Below are positions 57,417 to 64,000 of a DNA stretch of 64,000 nt, one piece after another. Source of the stretch: a virus. Lineage: Duplodnaviria; Heunggongvirae; Uroviricota; Caudoviricetes. The stretch lies in the IMG/VR virus record IMGVR_UViG_2595698945_000001. The stretch is one strand, 5' to 3'. The notes below the pieces were generated by a model that saw nothing but the letters and a program-made list of their open reading frames with translations, ran no database searches and had not been told where the DNA came from. Numbering within the stretch: the first letter of the stretch is position 1; every line of letters starts with the position of its first letter. The translations under genes were made by a program, and so were the position numbers.

Positions 57417-57989
57417 ATGTGCGAAAAATGCAAAAAAACTAATGCCAAAGTTGAAAGCGTGATTAAAAAAGTTGGTGCGGCCGAACTGGTTGAGATCATG
57501 GGTCTTGTGGTTGGTCACGAAGACGACGCCTCCCCTATCGACCGCCTTTTCAGCGTTCTCAAGTTCTCAAGCATGATTGATGATCCGATTGAAATTGTGA
57601 TGCTGGCGCGTCATTTCGGCGAAGCGTATCTGGAAGAGAAAGAACGCGCCGACAAACTTCAGGCAACGCTGGAAATGGTAAGCAAGCCGAAGTGCTCACC
57701 GGATTCAGTCAAGGCAGATGAAACCAACGCCAGCAAAGATCGTGAAATCGCCGGGCTGAAGTCTTCTCTGGCGATGTTGCTGGCCGCCTTCAAACTGATG
57801 TCTTCCCAGGCTGGGTTCAAAATGCCTGAGCTGAACAGCGACGATCCGATGGCCGTTCGTCAGCTGCTGGGGGCAATGGCCGACCAGCTTGACGACACCA
57901 AGAGCCGTCTTGAAGACATGATGCGCGAGCTGACCCATCGCCACGACCTGAACAAACAGCCGCACAAAACGCAGCACGTACACCACTAA
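57417..57989 (+). CDS. Hypothetical protein with N-terminal CxxC
   Basis: ATG after RBS AAGGAAA. Confidence 0.4.
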   Translation: MCEKCKKTNAKVESVIKKVGAAELVEIMGLVVGHEDDASPIDRLFSVLKFSSMIDDPIEIVMLARHFGEAYLEEKERADKLQATLEMVSKPKCSPDSVKADETNASKDREIAGLKSSLAMLLAAFKLMSSQAGFKMPELNSDDPMAVRQLLGAMADQLDDTKSRLEDMMRELTHRHDLNKQPHKTQHVHH

Positions 57990-58006
57990 TTTCTCACCTG
58001 CCGACA

Positions 58007-58030
58007 GGGGGCGAAAGCCCCCTTTTTTAC
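58007..58030 (+). terminator. Rho-independent terminator
   Basis: gggggcgaaagcccccttttttac. Confidence 0.7.
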
Positions 58031-58103
58031 GACTTAAATCAGCTGCAACGCCTGTGAATGCTGCTTTTACGCCTTTTCAACTTTGGGAAAATAACACCAA
58101 CAA

Positions 58104-58120
58104 GAAAACAATTTGTTTAA
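58104..58120. promoter_or_regulatory. Motif B palindrome copy
   Basis: caccaacaagaaaacaatttgtttaa. The same extended context occurs at 32471-32499. Confidence 0.5.
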
Positions 58121-58130
58121 TGGTGCAATC

Positions 58131-59816
58131 ATGAATACAGCCCTTTCCATCATTGACGTTATCACCCCAAACACTGATATCGACTATCGGCAGGAAATGA
58201 ACGTCATCCACGAAATTGTGGCCGAGTGCGAGAAAGAGATCGCCTTCATGCATCAGGTTCACGACTTCGTCTATGGCGACGAACGCCACAACATGATTAA
58301 CCGCCTGCTGCGACTCAACCACCGGCCAGATGACGAGCGCACACGCTTTAACAGAGCCTGGCTGGACAAAGTCGACCTGGAATGGGTGAAACAGAATATC
58401 TGGGCCGAGTACTGGAAGAAGGTCACGGATATGACAAACGTTCTGCTGATCATGCCAGCTTCCCGCCGCGACGAGTGGCGCGAGCAGTTCATCGAGGGCA
58501 AGCAGGAAACCATCAGGACTGACAGAACCGGCTACCAGATGAAAGTTAAGGAGTTCGTTGGCGTGCCGGAGTTCAAAGCAGAAACGGTCATCCCCACGAT
58601 GCTCAATCTGCTGAATGACAGGCACAAATATCTCTCTGAGCGCGTGTATGGCTTGTTTAAGGCGCTGAGTCCTGCCCACAAGACCAACAAGACGAACGGC
58701 TTTAGCGAGCGTCTGATCATCGCCAACTGCATTTCCGCGTTCTGGCGGGATAGCGTGAGCGTGAACTACCGGAAAGAGGACTACATCGACGACCTGCGCG
58801 TCATGCTTCATTTCTTCGCGCACAAAGAGTTCATCACCATCAACCGCACAACTGAGATGCTATCAGCTGCGTACCGGGCAAACGACTGCCAGACTGGTGA
58901 CTGGATGAATGTCGACGGAAACCTGATGCGCGTGAAGATGTTCAAGAACGGCAACGTTCACTTTGAAATACATCCTGACGTGGCCTGGAAGCTGAATGAG
59001 GTGCTGGCTTACAGTATGCCTGCAGCAATCCCAGCGCCATGCCGTACTGCACCCAAAACACGGGCACCAAAAGAATTCGGGTTAATCCAGAAGACGATCT
59101 CCGAGCCGGTTCGTACCGCGCTGCGCGACGGGCGATTCAGCAAAGACAAAGGCGTCTGGTACTTCTCTGATTCCAACCTCCAGAAGTCGCAGGTGGAAGA
59201 GCTTGAGCGCACACTGAACTTCATTGGCGGCGTGCAGGAGAAAAAGCACTGGCAGTTCCCGTATGAGATCGGCCATACGCTCAATACGATTGTGGCCACC
59301 GGTTTAATACCGGATACGAAATCACACCAGTTCTACCCTACCCCACGTTTGATAGCGGAGTACGTTGCCAGAGCCATAGAGCTGAAGCCAGGTGAGAAGC
59401 TGTTGGAGCCTGAAGCCGGGCGCGGAGATCTGCTGGCCTGCATCGACGCCAATCCGGAAGACGTTACCTGCATAGAAGTCGCACCTCTCTTCGCTGATAT
59501 CCTGCTTGGCAAGGGGTACACAAATACGGTCTGCTGCGACTTCATGAAGTGGTCTGAGGACAACGCAGGTTATCAGTTCGACAAAATCGTCATGAACCCG
59601 CCCTACTCTCTTGGCCGTCACAGAGAGCATACGCTGGCCGCACTGGAGCATCTTAAAGTCGGCGGGCGACTGGTGGCTGTACTGCCGGGTGATGCGCCAG
59701 TTCTGAACTGGATGACGCTGGATAATTTCGTTTATGCCAAAGGGAAGTCGTTTACTGACGAGTTTGAAGATACCGGAATCACTGTCAGCGTATACGTTTT
59801 CAAACGTGTAAAATGA
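58131..59816 (+). CDS. Orphan DNA methyltransferase (amino-MTase; C-terminal catalytic domain, ~400-aa N-terminal domain of unknown function)
   Basis: FYPTPR (motif X), LEPEAGRGDL (motif I), IVMNPPYS (motif IV), all in the last ~150 aa. Confidence 0.6.
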   Translation: MNTALSIIDVITPNTDIDYRQEMNVIHEIVAECEKEIAFMHQVHDFVYGDERHNMINRLLRLNHRPDDERTRFNRAWLDKVDLEWVKQNIWAEYWKKVTDMTNVLLIMPASRRDEWREQFIEGKQETIRTDRTGYQMKVKEFVGVPEFKAETVIPTMLNLLNDRHKYLSERVYGLFKALSPAHKTNKTNGFSERLIIANCISAFWRDSVSVNYRKEDYIDDLRVMLHFFAHKEFITINRTTEMLSAAYRANDCQTGDWMNVDGNLMRVKMFKNGNVHFEIHPDVAWKLNEVLAYSMPAAIPAPCRTAPKTRAPKEFGLIQKTISEPVRTALRDGRFSKDKGVWYFSDSNLQKSQVEELERTLNFIGGVQEKKHWQFPYEIGHTLNTIVATGLIPDTKSHQFYPTPRLIAEYVARAIELKPGEKLLEPEAGRGDLLACIDANPEDVTCIEVAPLFADILLGKGYTNTVCCDFMKWSEDNAGYQFDKIVMNPPYSLGRHREHTLAALEHLKVGGRLVAVLPGDAPVLNWMTLDNFVYAKGKSFTDEFEDTGITVSVYVFKRVK

Positions 59817-59842
59817 TAGGTAAATACTTACCTAATTTATGT
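59812..59842. promoter_or_regulatory. Motif A palindrome copy
   Basis: aaatgataggtaaatacttacctaatttatg. Confidence 0.5.
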
Positions 59843-59874
59843 AAGAATAGATCCACTTTATCAGAGGTAAACAC

Positions 59875-60564
59875 ATGAGCGAAAAATCGAGAATTACATT
59901 CGCCAGCGTTGATCAGGCGAAGCTGCCATTTAATTTAGTGCTACAGGGGAACGCAGGAGCGCCTGCCGGAACCATCAAAATCGACAAGGAGCTTGTGACG
60001 TTCGAAGGTAACTTTGATGAATCGGCGCAGGTTTTTATCGACCATCTGGCACGCCGTTGGAGCCAGCAGTGGAGAGACCTTGAGAAACGCGCCAATGAGT
60101 TTGACCGGTTCATGGACGCAATGGACACAGCAAAAGAGGCTCTGGCTGCCGGCACTCCGTTAGATCTGGAGTCGCTTTTCAAAGGAGAGATGGCCTCTGC
60201 GATGTTCGCCACCATGTTCGCAGGTGAGTTTGTCCGCAGCGGCGCCAGAAACTACCTGGAGCTGGGGTACAACGTTCCTGAAATGGGCGAGTTTACCGTC
60301 ACCATCCAGCGCAAAGAAGGTAAGACGCCAGGCGAACGTATCGCTGAACTTGAGGCCGTTGTGGATCAGCGTAACGGCGAGTGCGTCCGTTTGATCAACG
60401 AACGTGATGCGCTGCGCGAAGAACAGCTGAACAAAGGCTCGAACACACGCGCGGCCGCAGACATTTACTTCCAGTTAGTTGAGGAATGCCAGATCCCGCC
60501 AGGCGGCTCTTTGGTTGAGTACGTTCGCGAATTGCAGGAGAAAGCAGAGAGGTGCGCGGCATGA
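59875..60564 (+). CDS. Hypothetical protein
   Basis: RBS GAGG. 229 aa. Confidence 0.4.
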   Translation: MSEKSRITFASVDQAKLPFNLVLQGNAGAPAGTIKIDKELVTFEGNFDESAQVFIDHLARRWSQQWRDLEKRANEFDRFMDAMDTAKEALAAGTPLDLESLFKGEMASAMFATMFAGEFVRSGARNYLELGYNVPEMGEFTVTIQRKEGKTPGERIAELEAVVDQRNGECVRLINERDALREEQLNKGSNTRAAADIYFQLVEECQIPPGGSLVEYVRELQEKAERCAA

Positions 60565-60842
60565 ATGACCTGCTTGTCGAGCGAGTCTCCGCTTTTGTTA
60601 AGTCCCCGCTGGACAATCCCCTCACCCGCGGTGAGCAGATGGAGCTGGCAAGGTGGTTTCTGCATATCCATGAGCAGATGGAAGTTTTTAAACAGTTGCC
60701 GGATCTGCCCATTACAGACGGCCATGTTCAGCAAGTGATTAACAGCCACGAAAAAGGCTGGGCGATGATTGTGCCGTGCAAAATTACCTACGAGCTGGCT
60801 AAGGAAGTGCAGGCTAACAGAGCAAGGAGTAAGGAAGAGTAA
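60552..60842 (+). CDS. Hypothetical protein
   Basis: Overlapping start. Confidence 0.4.
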   Translation: MRGMNDLLVERVSAFVKSPLDNPLTRGEQMELARWFLHIHEQMEVFKQLPDLPITDGHVQQVINSHEKGWAMIVPCKITYELAKEVQANRARSKEE

Positions 60843-60844
60843 CT

Positions 60845-61216
60845 ATGAAGTTGGGTAATGCCGTTTCGCTGTTTTTTACAGCATTACTGGAAGGTTTCAA
60901 TTATCGCTTTTGTCCGGTCTGGGATAAGGCGCTGGATACGCTTATTGAGGAAGGAACGCTGCTTGAGGTGCGAAATGGGATCGCGCTGTTTGAGCGCGAC
61001 GCCCAGCTATATGAAGTGTTCGTCGGGGCTGGCTTCAACCACTTTGGGCATCTTATTAGCTTGAATACCAAAGCCATCGACGAGAGCGTTATGCGCCGTC
61101 CGTCGTTCCGTGTAATGGATAAGCTGCAACGTCATGTAAATGCCGAATTACTCCGCGTAGCCAAAGAAAAAGAACGAGAGCTACAGGCGATGATTGGATC
61201 GCTTATCGCTGAGTAA
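60845..61216 (+). CDS. Hypothetical protein
   Basis: 123 aa. Confidence 0.4.
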   Translation: MKLGNAVSLFFTALLEGFNYRFCPVWDKALDTLIEEGTLLEVRNGIALFERDAQLYEVFVGAGFNHFGHLISLNTKAIDESVMRRPSFRVMDKLQRHVNAELLRVAKEKERELQAMIGSLIAE

Positions 61217-61219
61217 ATG

Positions 61220-61254
61220 AAGGCCACTATTGTGGCCTTTAACAATTTGTTTTC
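61220..61254 (+). promoter_or_regulatory. Composite element: ggccacta-N-tgtggcc hairpin plus Motif B
   Basis: aaggccactattgtggcctttaacaatttgttttc. The same composite occurs at 63242-63277. Confidence 0.5.
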
Positions 61255-61307
61255 TACCTTTTCTTATCTGTGAAAATAACCACATCCAGAAAACAACGGA
61301 GTTAAGA

Positions 61308-61949
61308 ATGTCCCGTATTTCCAAAGCCCATATGTTTGCCGCTGGCGCTCATGGCGGCGTTGGCCAGAAAAGAAAATATACCGGTGAAGACTACATCAAC
61401 CACCCGGTTGCTGTCCGCGAGATTGTTGCCTGGCATGGTGGAACCGTGGAGATGCAGATCGCGGCGCTGCTGCATGATGTGGTCGAAGACACCCATGTCA
61501 CCATAGAGATGGTTCGTGAACACTTCGGTGAGCACGTAGCCGAAATGGTTCTGGCTCTGACCAACATTGCCAGACCAGAAGACGGCAATCGAATACAGCG
61601 CTTCATCATCAACGTCCGGGAGCTGGAGCAAAGCCTCGACATGCAGACGCGCATGATCAAGCTGGCTGACCTGCTGGACAATACCTCTTCTATCGTGAGT
61701 CGCGACCCTGAGTTTTCAGCCATCTACCTCGCAGAGAAAGAGCTGATGCTGGCCGTACTCTTTGACGGCAAGGAGATTGGTGCCGATGCCGGTGTTGTCG
61801 AGTACCTGGAGAAAAAAGGCATAGAGCATTCGTTACTGATAAACGCCCGGGCGATGGTGACGAAAGGCATTGCCAGTCTGCAACCGGTACACACCAAACG
61901 TTATGAAAAACACAAAGCGCTGATCTGGAACGCGTGGGAGGCTGCATGA
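61308..61949 (+). CDS. HD-domain small alarmone hydrolase (SpoT/RelA-like (p)ppGpp hydrolase domain, Mesh1-like)
   Basis: AHMFAAGAHGGVGQKRKYTGEDYINHPVAVREIVA...AALLHDVVEDT...FGEHVAEMVLALT matches the SpoT HD hydrolase signature. No synthetase domain. Confidence 0.6.
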   Translation: MSRISKAHMFAAGAHGGVGQKRKYTGEDYINHPVAVREIVAWHGGTVEMQIAALLHDVVEDTHVTIEMVREHFGEHVAEMVLALTNIARPEDGNRIQRFIINVRELEQSLDMQTRMIKLADLLDNTSSIVSRDPEFSAIYLAEKELMLAVLFDGKEIGADAGVVEYLEKKGIEHSLLINARAMVTKGIASLQPVHTKRYEKHKALIWNAWEAA

Positions 61950-62497
61950 AGGTCGAGAAATTAGATGTTCTTTCCTTTGTGCTGACGGATCTGGAACGTC
62001 TCGACCCGGTACGCGTAATGATTGAAAACTACGAGCCGGGTAAGGGAAGAGTCACTATAACCTGCTATGGGAAAGCGTGGACTGCCGCCTGGTTTGCGAT
62101 GGGCGGTGATGATGTTCAGACATTTATTAAGCGAGTGAGTGATGATTACTTGATTGGCTGCCTCGCCCCTCAACTGCGAAGTACGGTCGACGATGACAAC
62201 GACGCAAATCTGATTTTCGTAAAGTCCGAAATCATAAAGTTGCGCAGAGAGAGGGAAATCGACGCAGAAACGGCCAGAAATATCTGGGACGAAGCTGAAA
62301 ACGCTGATGACGTAAAAGAGAGTTGCTGCTGTTTCGGAGTAGGTAAAGAACTGCTGAGTTTGTTTGGCGATGATCCGTGGTATGCAGGCTGGCCAACGGT
62401 GCCAAATCCAGCATACCAATACCTTGAGCGTATTGTCAGAGCGGTACGTGATGGACTGAAAGTGGTTGACGATCAGTCGAGAGAAGCAGTTGGTTAA
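61946..62497 (+). CDS. Hypothetical protein
   Basis: ATG after RBS GGAGG. Overlaps the upstream stop. Confidence 0.4.
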   Translation: MKVEKLDVLSFVLTDLERLDPVRVMIENYEPGKGRVTITCYGKAWTAAWFAMGGDDVQTFIKRVSDDYLIGCLAPQLRSTVDDDNDANLIFVKSEIIKLRREREIDAETARNIWDEAENADDVKESCCCFGVGKELLSLFGDDPWYAGWPTVPNPAYQYLERIVRAVRDGLKVVDDQSREAVG

Positions 62498-62535
62498 GTG
62501 ATATAGTCAGGCGCTTTTGTATTTATGGAGTGAAT

Positions 62536-63234
62536 ATGAAAAATATCCTACTGGCATCATTGTTGGTGGCATCGCCGGTCTCATTTGCAGCCAGCTTTGA
62601 CTGCCAAAAGGCTTCGACAGAAATCGAACACAAAATCTGTGACAACGAACGCCTGTCAAAATTAGACGAACAACTTAGCGCAACCTATTCCAGCGCGCTC
62701 AAGGCTAACCCAGAAAATGCAGATACCCTAAAGGCGGTTCAACGACAGTGGGTAAATATGCGTGGAAAACTCACTGATGATAAGGCTCTGGAGCTGGCTT
62801 ATCTTATCCAAATTAATGGTCTCAATGGCTTAGGTGTTCCGGCCGCTACAGCAGCGGTCAATGAGACACCGAAGCCGGCGCAGAAACAGCCTGAAGTTCA
62901 GGAAAAGACAAGCAAGGCAGACGCAAAGCCGGCCAAGAAAGGTAATGAGCTAACTCTGGAATCATTCCGGGCTAAGTATATTGAGGTCAATGGTGAGTAC
63001 TACAGTACGACATCTCTTCCCAGAGGGAGTTCGTTTTTGTTCACCTGCGCCAGTCGCATTGCTGACGACCAGGTAAATGTCTGGAAGAAGCACGCAGCAA
63101 AAGAGGGCAAGATCGACCTTTTCTTTGAGCTTGAGAATCGCATACACACCGCGATGTTGAATGCCAATTTTCAGCAGCTGAATAGTGATTTAACTAAAAC
63201 AGGCATTTGCGATCTGATTACCGCTGTGCCATAA
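62536..63234 (+). CDS. Periplasmic DUF1311 (LprI/YecT-like, lysozyme-inhibitor-type) protein
   Basis: Signal peptide. FDCQKASTEIEHKICDNERLSKLDEQLSATY...VQRQWVNMR fits the DUF1311 pattern. Confidence 0.5.
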   Translation: MKNILLASLLVASPVSFAASFDCQKASTEIEHKICDNERLSKLDEQLSATYSSALKANPENADTLKAVQRQWVNMRGKLTDDKALELAYLIQINGLNGLGVPAATAAVNETPKPAQKQPEVQEKTSKADAKPAKKGNELTLESFRAKYIEVNGEYYSTTSLPRGSSFLFTCASRIADDQVNVWKKHAAKEGKIDLFFELENRIHTAMLNANFQQLNSDLTKTGICDLITAVP

Positions 63235-63241
63235 GACAGAT

Positions 63242-63277
63242 AAGGCCACTAATTGTGGCCTTAAACAATTTGTTTTA
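63242..63277 (+). promoter_or_regulatory. Composite element: hairpin plus Motif B
   Basis: aaggccactaattgtggccttaaacaatttgtttta. Confidence 0.5.
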
Positions 63278-63289
63278 TTGATGGTGAAA

Positions 63290-63493
63290 TCAATGGAACC
63301 CCAGGCGAACTAAATCCATTGGGCAGAACAGACCTTCCACACCTTCGATAGATACGCAGTCAGAGCGGCGTAATTGTTCTTCTGATTTGCCTTCTCCACA
63401 GATTTCCTTGATGACTCCCGTTGCACCATTCGTTGCCACCATCACCCGGCTGCCGGCAGTGATAACGTTACGGTTGCGATCATAGGTCTTCAT
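63290..63493 (-). CDS. Hypothetical small protein
   Basis: Strong minus-strand RBS GAAAGGAGGAAA. Confidence 0.4.
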   Translation of the reverse strand: MKTYDRNRNVITAGSRVMVATNGATGVIKEICGEGKSEEQLRRSDCVSIEGVEGLFCPMDLVRLGFH

Positions 63494-63680
63494 CGTTTCC
63501 TCCTTTCACATGGGTCAAATCAGGTCTCAAACGTTGTCGTTTTCCATGTATGTGCAATTACCAAAATCTCAAGTGCCGAAACAAATTGTTTTCACCCCCT
63601 GGTTATTCCCTTAATCCGTAAAGTTGACCGGTATAATTACAAATACCACTGTTTATATATACAGTATCGAGGGCGGAAAA

Positions 63681-63947
63681 ATGGGACTCAAAGACTCAAA
63701 CTATCAGATCGTCTACAGAGGTGAGACTCTTCAAAATTTCAAACCGGGGCAGTACGTTTTCTTTCAACGATTGAAGGAGTATGGCGGCGGATACTGGTTG
63801 GGCAGGACTCATGAAGATGGGTTCGAGTTTTTGCTGGAAGAACCAACCTCGCTGGGAAGAGGTCTTGAGTTTCTGATAACGCACTCGAGCGTGGAGGCCA
63901 GATTTATCGAGTTCGTCAACGATGCGGACGACTTTAAACTCACCTAA
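63681..63947 (+). CDS. Hypothetical protein
   Basis: ATG after RBS GAGGGCGGA. A Motif B copy lies upstream at 63578-63594. Confidence 0.35.
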   Translation: MGLKDSNYQIVYRGETLQNFKPGQYVFFQRLKEYGGGYWLGRTHEDGFEFLLEEPTSLGRGLEFLITHSSVEARFIEFVNDADDFKLT

Positions 63948-64000
63948 TCATCCCTTAAACATCTTGTTTTCTACCTTTTGTTATTTGAGATAATAACGCC

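Overview
The window looks like part of an SSU5/pHCM2-type temperate phage-plasmid of an enterobacterium. The call rests on: a RepFIB-family RepA with iteron arrays on both flanks (35066-36840), a parA/parG-like partition pair (6135-7159), and a hicAB-like toxin-antitoxin (26245-27112), all embedded among phage genes. The window opens with a tail-fibre module (5'-truncated fibre with a C-terminal S74 intramolecular-chaperone domain) followed by a lysis cassette (holin, endolysin-like, overlapping i-/o-spanins). Replication and recombination genes are: DnaB-like helicase, primase, ATP-dependent ligase, DnaE pol III alpha, DnaQ-like proofreader, gp32-like SSB, FEN/5'-3' exonuclease, RecA/UvsX-like recombinase, RuvC-like resolvase, SbcCD, RNase HI. 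Nucleotide-metabolism genes are: NrdAB, ThyA with insertions, DHFR, a P-loop kinase. Also present: CobT-like (vWA) and CobS-like (AAA+) proteins, a tRNA-Asn(GTT), two DNA adenine methyltransferases (one Dam-like, one orphan with FYPTP/NPPY motifs), a Rha-family regulator, a SpoT-like HD small alarmone hydrolase, a DUF1311 periplasmic protein, an SPFH lipoprotein and a GNAT acetyltransferase. The intergenic DNA is highly organised. A 22-bp GTAC-centred palindrome (GATAAGTAAGTACTTACTTATC family, Motif A) occurs at least 15 times. A second palindrome (TTAAACAAATTGTTTAA family, Motif B) occurs at least 11 times. Both often sit just after conserved rho-independent terminator hairpins. Two low-GC insertions (7161-9073: two membrane proteins plus a DUF2971 protein; 12660-13697: an antisense 345-aa protein) are the best candidates for undescribed defence or exclusion cargo. 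No integrase, transposase or CRISPR array was seen.
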